From assembly GCA_016713305.1 (NCBI GenBank), contig JADJPK010000007.1, forward strand, positions 197,829-261,828: 64,000 bases of DNA, given 5' to 3'. Position 1 is the stretch's first letter, and the number at the start of each line of letters is the position of its first letter. Below are positions 34,058 through 42,861 of the stretch, piece after piece. The stretch is from Betaproteobacteria bacterium. Its GTDB lineage: Bacteria > Pseudomonadota > Gammaproteobacteria > Burkholderiales > Ga0077523. Both the position numbers and the translations under genes were made by a program. The notes beneath the pieces were generated by a model. That model was not told the DNA's origin and did not search any database. It saw only the letters and a program-made list of their open reading frames with translations.

Positions 34058-34185
34058 TCGCATCGGCGGTGGTCTTGTTCCCGTTCGGTGACAGGGAGCA
34101 CCGTATCGATCGTCGACCGGAGAGTCCCGCCCTGCCCGGAAATCCGGCGCAGGCGCTGCGACGCCCGGCCCCACTATCTCCAGGG

Positions 34186-34212
34186 TAAATATTCCCCGCC
34201 ACCTGCCGACAA
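34186..34212 (+). promoter_or_regulatory. Candidate sigma-28 promoter TAAA-N15-GCCGACAA
   Basis: 7/8 match to GCCGATAA with an exact 15-nt spacer. It ends 38 nt upstream of ATG 34250. Confidence 0.5.
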
Positions 34213-34249
34213 GGGGTTGGCAAGACCGATAAACCGTCAGGGGAATGCA

Positions 34250-36121
34250 ATGGGCAGTGGCAGTGGCAGCAGCGGTGGAAGGAGCGGTGGCATGGGCAAC
34301 AGCAGTGATGGCGGTAACGGCCGTGGCGGCGGCTGGTTCGGTCGGTCAAGGAAGAAAACCATCGAAGCGGGAGGCCGGCGCTTCGATGCAGACGAAGTGT
34401 GGGAGATGTGGGCGCGCCTCGAGGCGCTGAGTCGATCCCAGGCCGTCATCGAATTCACGCCGGAAGGCGAAGTCCTGAAGGCGAACTCCAACTTTCTCTC
34501 GGTCATGGGCTATCCGCTCGAGGACATTCAGGGGCGGCACCATCGCATGTTCGTCGAGCCGTCCTATGCGCAGAGCCCGGACTACGCGCAGTTCTGGGAA
34601 GGCCTGCGCAAGGGCGAGTTCAGGGCGGGACTCTTCAAGCGTATCGGCAGCGGCGACAGGGAAGTCTGGATCCAGGCGAGCTACAACCCGGTTCTGGACT
34701 CGAGCGGCCGGGTCCTCAAGATCGTCAAGTACACCACCGATGTCACGGCGGAGCAGGAGCGCACTGCACACGCGGCGGCCAAACTGCAGGCGATCGACCG
34801 GTCGCAAGGCGTCATCGAGTTCGATCTCGACGGCCGTATCGTCTCGGCGAACCGCAATTTTCTCGATGCACTGGGCTACTCCCCGGGGGAGATCGCTGGC
34901 CAGCATCACGCCATGTTCGTGGAGCCGGCCGAGCGGCAGAGCGATGACTACCGGAGGTTCTGGGAAAAGCTGCGTCGTGGCGAGTTCGACTCGGGCAAGT
35001 ACAAGCGCGTGGGCAAGGGCGGCCGCACGGTGTGGATTCAGGCGACCTACAACCCGGTTCTCGATGCGTCGGGCAGGCCGGTGAAGGTCGTGAAGTTCGC
35101 CCAGATCATCACGGAGCAGGTGGAGGCGGCCCAGGCCACCGAGCGCGCAGTGGCGGACGTCATGCGGATCGTCTCGGCGGCTGCGAACGATGACCTCAGC
35201 CTGCGCATCGATTGCCAAGGCAAGTCGGGAGAGTTCGAGACCCTGTGCGCGGGAGTCAACCGACTCATGGATACGATGTCCGATGTCGTCGGCCGGATGC
35301 GGGATGCCTCGGACGTCATCACCACCAGCGCCAAGGAGATAGCGGCTGGGAACACGGACCTGTCTGGTCGGACGGAGGAGCAGGCGTCGAGTCTGGAGGA
35401 GACGGCGAGTTCGATGGAGGAGCTGACGTCGACGGTGAAGCAGAACGCGGACAACGCGCGTCAGGCGAACCAGTTGGTGGTGGGGGCGTCGGAAGTGGCG
35501 CAGCGTGGTGGGGATGTGGTGAGGGAAGTGGTGCAGACGATGGGAGGGATCAGCGAGAGCAGCAAGAAGATTGCGGACATCATCTCGGTGATCGACGGGA
35601 TTGCATTCCAGACGAACATTCTGGCGCTGAACGCGGCGGTGGAGGCGGCGAGGGCTGGGGAGCAGGGACGGGGATTTGCGGTGGTGGCGACGGAGGTGAG
35701 GAACCTGGCGCAGAGGAGTGCGGGGGCGGCGAAGGAGATCAAGGAACTGATCTCGGACTCGGTGGGGAAGGTGGAGTCGGGGAGCCGGCTGGTGGACGAG
35801 GCGGGGAGGACGATGGAAGAGATCGTGGTGTCGGTGAAGAGGGTGACGGACATCATGGCGGAGATCACGGCGGCGTCGGTGGAGCAGAGTGCGGGGATCG
35901 AGCAGGTGAACCAGGCGATCACGCAGATGGACGAGGTGACGCAGCAGAATGCGGCGCTGGTGGAGCAGGCGGCGGCGGCGGCGGAGAGTCTGGAGGAACA
36001 GGCGCAGATGCTGTCGCAGGCGGTGGTGGCGTTCAAGCTGGAACAGGAGAGCCAGGACACGGGTCCCCTGCAGCGCCGCCGTGCGGCGTCGACGCACCGC
36101 ATCGCGGTCCAGGCGGCTTGA
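34250..36121 (+). CDS. MCP 'E': soluble receptor with Gly/Ser-rich N-terminus, two PAS domains and MA domain, no pentapeptide
   Basis: Lies inside ORF 34088..36121. Start at ATG 34250 ([28 protein letters not shown]). No TM segment visible. The PAS-like unit is duplicated ([45 protein letters not shown], then [45 protein letters not shown]). Confidence 0.9.
   Translation: MGSGSGSSGGRSGGMGNSSDGGNGRGGGWFGRSRKKTIEAGGRRFDADEVWEMWARLEALSRSQAVIEFTPEGEVLKANSNFLSVMGYPLEDIQGRHHRMFVEPSYAQSPDYAQFWEGLRKGEFRAGLFKRIGSGDREVWIQASYNPVLDSSGRVLKIVKYTTDVTAEQERTAHAAAKLQAIDRSQGVIEFDLDGRIVSANRNFLDALGYSPGEIAGQHHAMFVEPAERQSDDYRRFWEKLRRGEFDSGKYKRVGKGGRTVWIQATYNPVLDASGRPVKVVKFAQIITEQVEAAQATERAVADVMRIVSAAANDDLSLRIDCQGKSGEFETLCAGVNRLMDTMSDVVGRMRDASDVITTSAKEIAAGNTDLSGRTEEQASSLEETASSMEELTSTVKQNADNARQANQLVVGASEVAQRGGDVVREVVQTMGGISESSKKIADIISVIDGIAFQTNILALNAAVEAARAGEQGRGFAVVATEVRNLAQRSAGAAKEIKELISDSVGKVESGSRLVDEAGRTMEEIVVSVKRVTDIMAEITAASVEQSAGIEQVNQAITQMDEVTQQNAALVEQAAAAAESLEEQAQMLSQAVVAFKLEQESQDTGPLQRRRAASTHRIAVQAA
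35333..36025 (+). repeat. MCP signalling-domain DNA cassette, copy E
   Basis: Identity starts at AAGGAGATAGCGGCTGGGAACACGG and ends at ..CTGTCGCAGGCGGTG. Confidence 0.9.
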
Positions 36122-36205
36122 TGTCTCTTCCTCGGAGGCGCCGCTGCCGGCAGCCCATGCTGCCCGGAGACGACCCGCCTTTCGGGGCAGCGCAGGTGAG
36201 GAGTG

Positions 36206-36232
36206 TCAAGTTGGCAGCGGCGAAGCCGCTAA
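36206..36232 (+). promoter_or_regulatory. Candidate sigma-28 promoter TCAAGTTG-N11-GCCGCTAA
   Basis: TCAA-N15-GCCGCTAA, a 7/8 match to GCCGATAA. It ends 82 nt upstream of cheW ATG 36314. Confidence 0.5.
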
Positions 36233-36313
36233 CTCCCCGGAGAGCCGGGTGATGGCCGCTGCCAAGGCATCGGCGAAGGACGCCACCGTTCAGATCGCGG
36301 GAAAGGGAACGCA

Positions 36314-36823
36314 ATGAAAACAGATACGAAAGACAGTCTTGCCAAGGGATCGATCGAGGCAGCCCAGGCGGCCGGAGAATTCCTGACGTTCCGGTTGGGG
36401 GAAGAGGAGTACGGGATCGAGATCCTGAAGGTGCAGGAGATCCGGGGTTACGATGCCGTGACGACCATTGCCAACGCACCCTCGTTCATCAAGGGCGTCA
36501 TCAACCTGCGGGGGGTCATCGTGCCCATCGTGGACCTTCGCATCAAATTCGGGGTCGGCCAGGCCGACTACAACCAGTTCACCGTCGTCATCGTGCTCAA
36601 CGTGGGCAGCCGCGTCGTCGGCATCGTGGTCGACAGCGTCTCGGACGTGATGACCCTCACGTCGGAGCAGATCAAACCGGCGCCGGAATTCTCGTCCAGC
36701 TTCGACACGCGCTATCTCACCGGCATCGGCGCGATCGACGATCGCATGCTGATCCTCGTGGACATCGAACGGCTGATGCTGTCCTCGGACATGGCGCTGG
36801 TCGACGAAGCGGCCGCGGCCTAG
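36314..36823 (+). CDS. cheW: Chemotaxis coupling protein CheW
   Basis: 169 aa. [25 protein letters not shown] and [15 protein letters not shown] are classic CheW motifs. Confidence 0.93.
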   Translation: MKTDTKDSLAKGSIEAAQAAGEFLTFRLGEEEYGIEILKVQEIRGYDAVTTIANAPSFIKGVINLRGVIVPIVDLRIKFGVGQADYNQFTVVIVLNVGSRVVGIVVDSVSDVMTLTSEQIKPAPEFSSSFDTRYLTGIGAIDDRMLILVDIERLMLSSDMALVDEAAAA

Positions 36824-37741
36824 ATGGCCACCGTCCAGTCCGGAACGCGCTCAGGCACCGTCGATCCGAAACAGCTGGCCGCGCAGTTCGCGGCCTCGCG
36901 TGACGCGTCGCGCGAGTTCGAATACACCCCCGCGGACTTCGAGGCCGTGCGCGCACTCATCTACAAGCGTGCCGGCATCTCGCTGTCGCCGGTGAAGGCG
37001 GACATGGTCTACAGCCGTCTCGCCCGGCGGCTGCGTGCGCGGGGCATGAAGCGCTTCTCCGAGTACATCGACTATCTCCGCGGCGGCGGCGACGACGAGG
37101 AGTGGGAGGCGTTCACGAACGCGCTCACCACGAACCTCACATCGTTCTTTCGCGAGGAGCATCACTTCCCGATCCTCGCGAATCATCTGCAGAGCCTGCG
37201 TGGACGCAATCCGTCCATCTGGTGCTGCGCATCGTCCACGGGCGAGGAACCCTACTCGCTCGCGATGACGGCGGTGGAGGCGTTCGGCAGCTTCAACATT
37301 CCGGTCAGCATTCTCGCTTCGGACCTGGATACGAACGTGCTGGCCAAGGCGCGGGCGGGTGTCTATCCGGCCGAGCGCATCGAACGGTTGTCGGCAGAAC
37401 GGGTGAAGCGCTTCTTCATGCGCGGTACGGGTGCCCAGGAAGGTCTCGTCAAGGTCCGCCCGGAACTGGCCAAGCTGGTGTCGTTCAAGCAGATCAATCT
37501 GCTGTCCAGCCCGCTCCCCGTGCAAGGACAATTCGATGCGGTGTTCTGCCGGAACGTGATGATCTACTTCGACAAGGCGACGCAGGCTTCGATCCTGAGA
37601 CGCTTCGTCCCTCACATGAATCCCGATGCGCTCCTGTTCGTGGGCCACTCCGAGAGCCTCTTCCACGTGTCGGACGTCTTTCATCTGCGAGGCAAGACCG
37701 TCTACGACCTGGTGAAAGGGGGAGGGGCGAATGTCGTTTGA
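36824..37741 (+). CDS. cheR: Chemotaxis protein methyltransferase CheR
   Basis: 305 aa. TTNLTSFFREEHHF, SAM-binding IWCCASSTGEEPYSLAM, FCRNVMIYFD. The start directly abuts the cheW stop (TAGATG). Confidence 0.93.
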   Translation: MATVQSGTRSGTVDPKQLAAQFAASRDASREFEYTPADFEAVRALIYKRAGISLSPVKADMVYSRLARRLRARGMKRFSEYIDYLRGGGDDEEWEAFTNALTTNLTSFFREEHHFPILANHLQSLRGRNPSIWCCASSTGEEPYSLAMTAVEAFGSFNIPVSILASDLDTNVLAKARAGVYPAERIERLSAERVKRFFMRGTGAQEGLVKVRPELAKLVSFKQINLLSSPLPVQGQFDAVFCRNVMIYFDKATQASILRRFVPHMNPDALLFVGHSESLFHVSDVFHLRGKTVYDLVKGGGANVV

Positions 37742-38348
37742 TGCAGCGCTCGAATCCCTCGCGACCAATCTCTACTTCGACCGGACGTTCGACCGCCATG
37801 CAGTCAAGGTCCTGCCGGGCGAGTTCTACGTCACCGATCGCGACATGGTGCTCGTGACGACGCTGGGCTCCTGCGTGGCCGCGTGCATCCGCGATGCCGA
37901 TCTGGGCATCGGGGGCATCAATCACTTCATGCTGCCCGACACGTCGACGGTCGAGGCGGGCGCGCCAGCTTCGACATCGGCCCGCTACGGGACCTATGCC
38001 ATGGAACTGCTGATCAACGAACTGGTGAAGCTCGGGGCGCGGCGCAAGCACCTGGTCGCGAAAGTGTTCGGCGGAGGCAATGTGCTGGGCAACATGACCG
38101 TCACGAACGTGGGCCAGCGCAACGCGTCCTTCGTGCTGGGGTATCTGTCGATGGAAGGCATCCCCGTGCTGGCCAAGGACCTGCTGGACGAGCATCCACG
38201 CAAGGTCTATTTCTTTCCGCGCACCGGCAAGGTGCTGATCAAGAAACTGCGCAGCGTGCGCAACGAGACCCTGGTGGAGCGCGAGACCGATTACGCGAAG
38301 CGTCTCAAGACGACCCGGGTGTCGGGAGACGTGGAGTTGTTCGCATGA
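37731..38348 (+). CDS. cheD: Chemoreceptor glutamine deamidase CheD
   Basis: 205 aa. [11 protein letters not shown] with the catalytic Cys context, [18 protein letters not shown]. Overlaps cheR by 11 nt. Confidence 0.9.
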   Translation: MSFDAALESLATNLYFDRTFDRHAVKVLPGEFYVTDRDMVLVTTLGSCVAACIRDADLGIGGINHFMLPDTSTVEAGAPASTSARYGTYAMELLINELVKLGARRKHLVAKVFGGGNVLGNMTVTNVGQRNASFVLGYLSMEGIPVLAKDLLDEHPRKVYFFPRTGKVLIKKLRSVRNETLVERETDYAKRLKTTRVSGDVELFA

Positions 38349-39451
38349 CGCTGGCCATGCATGCAGCACCGGCGGCAGACCGGAAGATCAGGGTCGTGGT
38401 GGTGGACGATTCGGCCCTGATCCGCTCGGTGCTCAAGAAGCTGCTCGAGACGGCGCCCGACATCGAAGTGGTCGGGGTGGCGTCCGACCCCATCGTGGCA
38501 CGCGAAGTCATTCGCAGCACCGAGCCCGATGTGATCACGCTGGACGTCGAGATGCCGCGCATGGACGGGCTGGAATTCCTGTCGCGTCTCATGCGCCTCA
38601 AGCCGACGCCCGTGGTGATGGTGTCTTCGCTGACCGCGCGCGGCTCCGAAGTGACCTTGCGGGCGCTCGAGCTCGGCGCCGTCGACTTCGTGGCAAAGCC
38701 CAAGTTCGACATCCAGCACGGATTGCAGGAGACCGCGCGCGAGATCGTGGAGAAGGTGAGGGCGGCCTCCCACGCGCGGGTGCGCAAATCGGTGCCGGTG
38801 GAGTCCGGTCCCGCCAATTCCGCGGATGTCGTCCTGCCGGCCACGCTGTCACGCGTCGCGGCCACGGAGAAGGTCATCATCGTTGGCGCGAGCACGGGCG
38901 GAACCGAAGCCATCAAGGCGTTCCTGACCCGGATGCCGGCCGACTGCCCCGGGATTCTTATCGCCCAGCACATGCCCGAGGCTTTCACCAAGTCCTTCGC
39001 CCAGCGCCTGGATGGCCTGTGCCGGATCAAGGTTCACGAAGCCCAGGGTGGCGAGCGGGTACTCCCGGGCCACGCCTTCATTGCACCGGGACACTCGCAT
39101 CTGCTGCTCGCGCGGAGCGGCGCCAACTATGTGACCGAACTGTCCCAGGCCCCTCCCGTCAACCGGCATCGGCCGTCGGTGGACGTACTGTTCCGGTCGG
39201 CCGCGAACGTCGCGGGGCGCAATGCCATGGGCGTGATCCTGACGGGCATGGGCAAGGATGGTGCGGCGGGCATGCTGGAAATGAAGCAGGGGGGAGCCTA
39301 TACGTTTGCGCAGGACGAGGCCTCCTGCGTGGTCTTCGGGATGCCCCGCGAGGCGATCGCGCTGGGCGGAGTCGACGAAGTCGTCCCCCTCGACGACATT
39401 GCGTCCCGGGTGCTGCTGCGCCTGGGCGCGGAGCGCACGATCAGGGTTTAG
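38345..39451 (+). CDS. cheB: Chemotaxis response regulator protein-glutamate methylesterase CheB
   Basis: Lies inside ORF 37883..39451. ATG 38345 overlaps the cheD stop (ATGA). Receiver domain ([21 protein letters not shown]) plus esterase domain ([19 protein letters not shown]). Confidence 0.93.
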   Translation: MTLAMHAAPAADRKIRVVVVDDSALIRSVLKKLLETAPDIEVVGVASDPIVAREVIRSTEPDVITLDVEMPRMDGLEFLSRLMRLKPTPVVMVSSLTARGSEVTLRALELGAVDFVAKPKFDIQHGLQETAREIVEKVRAASHARVRKSVPVESGPANSADVVLPATLSRVAATEKVIIVGASTGGTEAIKAFLTRMPADCPGILIAQHMPEAFTKSFAQRLDGLCRIKVHEAQGGERVLPGHAFIAPGHSHLLLARSGANYVTELSQAPPVNRHRPSVDVLFRSAANVAGRNAMGVILTGMGKDGAAGMLEMKQGGAYTFAQDEASCVVFGMPREAIALGGVDEVVPLDDIASRVLLRLGAERTIRV

Positions 39452-39495
39452 CGGCCACCTTCGGGGGCCATTGCAGTCGTTTCAGGAGAGCAGTC

Positions 39496-39801
39496 ATGCA
39501 GACGCAGGTTCAGAAATCAGGCGACAGGGCGACCATCCGGTTGAACGGACGGTTCGATTTCAACGCGCACCGCCATTTCCGCGAGGCCTACGAGTCCCAT
39601 CTGTCGGCCAAGGAGGTGAAGGAGTTCGAGATCGACATGGCCCAGGTCGACTATGTGGACAGTTCCGCCCTGGGCATGCTCCTCATGCTCAAGGAAAAGG
39701 CGCATGCCAGCGCCAAGTCGGTGGTTCTCGCGAACTGCAAGGGCACGGTCAAGCAGGTGCTGGACATCGCCAATTTCGGCAAGCTCTTCACCATGCGGTA
39801 A
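39496..39801 (+). CDS. STAS-domain protein (anti-sigma-factor-antagonist-like)
   Basis: Lies inside ORF 39019..39801. ATG 39496 follows AGGAGAG. 101 aa. YVDSSALGMLLML matches the SpoIIAA-type DSSGLG phospho-serine loop. Located 44 nt after cheB on the same strand. Confidence 0.8.
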   Translation: MQTQVQKSGDRATIRLNGRFDFNAHRHFREAYESHLSAKEVKEFEIDMAQVDYVDSSALGMLLMLKEKAHASAKSVVLANCKGTVKQVLDIANFGKLFTMR

Positions 39802-39887
39802 GTTTGTCCGGAGTCCGGAATCCTGTCCCTGACGGCGGCGCAGGCCTTGGAAGTGCCGCCGGTTTCGGCTAGACTCCGCTCTCTTTT

Positions 39888-39964
39888 AGGCGCGTAGCTC
39901 AGCTGGTTAGAGCACCACCTTGACATGGTGGGGGTCGTTGGTTCGAGTCCAATCGCGCCTACCA
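39888..39964 (+). tRNA. tRNA-Val (anticodon GAC)
   Basis: Cloverleaf folded by hand. Acceptor AGGCGCG/CGCGCCT, D-arm GCTC..GAGC, anticodon arm CCACC-TTGACAT-GGTGG, T-arm GTTGG-TTCGAGT-CCAAT, encoded CCA. Confidence 0.9.
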
Positions 39965-40076
39965 AAGATCACAAATGCGGGAGTCGGGTGGCACGGACGG
40001 CCGGAAGCGGCCACGGGTTGCCGGCTCCCGTGTTCATGTCGGCCCCACTGCGCAACACTGACCTGACGCGGCACAC

Positions 40077-41986
40077 ATGCTTTCGATCCGATTGCCCGAC
40101 GGCGCGACCAAGGAGTTTCCGGGGCCGGTGACGGTCGCCGACGTGGCGGCATCCATCGGACCGGGTCTCGCCAAGGCCGCGATCGCGGGCAAGGTGGACG
40201 GGCGACTGGTGGACCTCTCCTTCCTGGTGGTGAACGACAGCCAGGTCGCCATCGTGACGGGCAAGGATGCCGAAGGTCTGGAGATCATCCGTCACTCCAC
40301 CGCGCATCTTCTGGCCTACGCGGTCAAGGAACTCTTCCCCGATGCCCAGGTGACCATCGGTCCGGTGATCGAGAACGGGTTCTACTACGACTTTTCGTAC
40401 AAGCGGCCCTTCACGCCCGAGGATCTCGCGGTCATCGAGAACCGGATGGCGGAGCTGGCCGGGCGTGACCACGCCGTGAAGCGCGAGGTGTGGAAACGGG
40501 ACGACGCGGTGGCCTTCTTCAAGTCCATCGGCGAGCACTACAAGGCGGAGATCATCGCCTCGATCCCGTCGAACGAGGACATCTCCCTCTACCGCGAGGG
40601 GGACTTCATCGACCTGTGCCGCGGCCCGCACGTGCCGTCGACGGGCAAGCTGAAGGTGTTCAAGCTGATGAAGGTTGCCGGCGCCTACTGGCGCGGCGAC
40701 TCCAAGAACGAGATGCTCCAGCGGATTTACGGGACCGCGTGGGCATCCAAGGCCGACCAGGATGCCTATCTGCACATGCTGGAGGAAGCCGAAAAGCGGG
40801 ATCACCGCAAGCTCGGCCGCCAGCTCGATCTCTTCCACGTGCAGGACGAAGCCCCCGGGATGGTCTTCTGGCATCCCCACGGCTGGACGCTCTGGCAGCA
40901 GGTGGAGCAATACATGCGGCGGATGCTGGCGGCCAACGGCTACCGGGAAGTCCGCACGCCCATGGTCATGGATCGCGCGCCCTCTGGGAACGCTCCGGGC
41001 ATTGGGAAAACTACCGGGAACACATGTTCACGACGTCGTCGGAAAACCGCGACTACGCCGTGAAGCCGATGAACTGCCCGGGCCATGTGCAGATCTTCAA
41101 TCAGGGGCTGCGCAGCTACCGCGATCTTCCCCTGCGGCTGGCCGAATTCGGTGCGTGCCATCGCAACGAGCCGTCCGGTGCCCTGCACGGAATCATGCGG
41201 GTCCGCGCCTTCACCCAGGACGATGCCCACATCTTCTGCCGTGAAGACCAGGTGCAGGACGAGGCGGCCAGCTTCATCGACCTGCTCCAGCGGATCTATG
41301 CGGACTTCGGCTTCCACGAGATCCTGATCAAGCTGTCCACCCGTCCGGAGAAGCGTATCGGCGCGGACGAGACCTGGGATCGCGCCGAGGCGGCGCTCAG
41401 TTCCGCACTGGATGCCAAGGGCCTCCAATGGGAACTCAATCCAGGGGAAGGCGCGTTCTACGGTCCCAAGATCGAGTTTTCCCTCAAGGATTCCATCGGC
41501 CGGGTCTGGCAATGCGGCACCCTGCAGCTCGATTTCGAGCTGCCCGGCCGTCTGGACGCGGAGTTCGTCGACGAGGACAACACCCGCAAGACGCCGGTCA
41601 TGCTGCATCGGGCCATTCTCGGGTCACTGGAGCGTTTCATCGGCATCCTGATCGAGAACTACGCCGGGGCACTGCCCCTGTGGCTCTCGCCAGTGCAGGC
41701 CGTGGTGCTGAACATCTCGGAAGCCCAGCGGGGTTACGCCACCCAAGTGGGGGGGCGGCTGGGGGCCGCAGGCTTCCGCGTCGAAACCGACTTGAGGAAT
41801 GAGACGATTAACCTTAAGATTCGGGAACATAGCTTGAGGAAGCTGCCCTACCAGATCGTCGTCGGCGAAAAAGAGGTCGCTGGGGGTCTGGTGGCAGTTC
41901 GTGCGCGGGGTGGTCAGAACCTGGGGACGATGACACTCGACGAGTTCGAGGCGCGTCTCAGATCGGAACTGCCTGCCGGCGCTTAA
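40077..41986 (+). CDS. thrS: Threonine--tRNA ligase; frame-disrupted as assembled (1 shift)
   Basis: ORF 40077..41063 carries the TGS domain and N-terminal part ([14 protein letters not shown].., [12 protein letters not shown]). ORF 40490..41986 carries the rest (..[18 protein letters not shown], class II core, anticodon-binding domain). The frames change at the CGCGCGCC tract, 40974-40981. Confidence 0.92.
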
Positions 41987-42006
41987 CTTACCAGGAGGTA
42001 ACACCC

Positions 42007-42525
42007 ATCCTTCAAGATCGCGAGTTGCGGATCAACGGCGAGATCAATGCGTCGGAGGTCCGGTTGGTCGGTGCAGACGGTGAGCCCATCGGAGTCGTGA
42101 GCCTGTCGGTCGCGACGCAGATGGCCGAGGAAGCAGAACTCGATCTCGTGGAGATCGCACCGACAGCGAAGCCGCCGGTTTGCCGCATCATGGATTTCGG
42201 CAAGTTCAAGTACAGCGAATCCAAGAAGCGGCACGAAGCCAAACTCAAGCAGAAGCAGATCCAGGTCAAGGAGATCAAGTTTCGCCCCGGCACGGACGAG
42301 GGCGATTACCAGATCAAGTTGCGGAACCTGATCCGCTTTCTCGGCGAGGGCGACAAGACCAAGGTCACTCTGCGGTTCCGTGGACGGGAAATGGCGCACC
42401 AGGAATTCGGGATCAAGCTGCTGGAGCGCGTGAAGCAGGATCTCGAGGCGCACGGGGTGGTCGAGCAGTTTCCGAAGCTCGAAGGCCGGCAGATGATCAT
42501 GGTGCTGGCGCCCAAGAAGAAGTGA
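42007..42525 (+). CDS. infC: Translation initiation factor IF-3, probable non-AUG (ATC) start
   Basis: The ORF track starts at TTG 42025 ([20 protein letters not shown]..). The frame is open upstream to ATC 42007, which lies 8 nt after AGGAGG (41993-41998). infC classically uses an AUU-class start codon. The 3' boundary is firm; the 5' boundary is 42007 or 42025. Confidence 0.85.
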   Translation: MLQDRELRINGEINASEVRLVGADGEPIGVVSLSVATQMAEEAELDLVEIAPTAKPPVCRIMDFGKFKYSESKKRHEAKLKQKQIQVKEIKFRPGTDEGDYQIKLRNLIRFLGEGDKTKVTLRFRGREMAHQEFGIKLLERVKQDLEAHGVVEQFPKLEGRQMIMVLAPKKK

Positions 42526-42653
42526 TGCGGAAGTGAGGTTTTCCGGGCTGTCCTTCACGGCGAAGGAGGGCCCGAAAGAAGCGCCTGACCGGCAGTCTAA
42601 GCGTCCGCGGCATGCGGGCCGCCTATCAAGCGCAGCAAACCAAGGAGTACACG

Positions 42654-42851
42654 ATGCCGAAGATGAAGACCAAGCGCAGCGCGTCCAAGCGCTTTCGCGC
42701 ACAGGGCAGTGGCGGGATCAAGCGGGGCAAGGCCTTCCTGCGCCACATCCTCACCAAGAAGTCCACGAAGCGCAAGCGTCATCTGCGCGGTTCGACTCAG
42801 GTGCACGAGTCGAACGAGAAGTCCGTCCGTGCCATGATGCCTTACGCGTGA
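42654..42851 (+). CDS. rpmI: 50S ribosomal protein L35
   Basis: Lies inside ORF 42612..42851. Starts at [14 protein letters not shown]. 65 aa. Confidence 0.93.
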   Translation: MPKMKTKRSASKRFRAQGSGGIKRGKAFLRHILTKKSTKRKRHLRGSTQVHESNEKSVRAMMPYA

Positions 42852-42861
42852 GGAGAGCGAG

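Noticed and set aside
27035-36025. Whether the four ~0.7-0.96 kb repeats are a CRISPR array, IS elements or another mobile element.
   Set aside because: The units are far too long and lie in-frame within MCP genes. There are no short spacer/repeat periodicity, terminal inverted repeats, transposase, integrase, reverse transcriptase or cas genes. They are coding-sequence cassettes.
36252-36317. 21-codon upstream ORF ([21 protein letters not shown]) whose TGA overlaps the cheW ATG (ATGA). It lies just downstream of the sigma-28 candidate.
   Set aside because: It is too short and compositionally unremarkable to support. The SD-like GGAGAG would lie at or before the predicted TSS. cheW has its own start context and a normal-length N-terminus. 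It is worth a glance only in ribosome-profiling data.
39651-39965. 104-aa minus-strand ORF (..GLEPTTPTMSRWCSNQLSYAP..).
   Set aside because: It is the antisense translation of tRNA-Val and the STAS gene. The LEPTT..SNQLSY string is a typical artefact of translating a tRNA gene.
39978-40030. Long imperfect GC-rich hairpin (CGGGAGTCGG..GTGGC....GCCAC..CCGGCTCCCG) between tRNA-Val and thrS. I considered it as a thrS leader/operator or a tRNA terminator.
   Set aside because: It has no T tract, and I see no resemblance to a tRNA-Thr anticodon-arm mimic or to a T-box. GC-rich intergenic DNA readily gives such stems. It is noted only as a structure.
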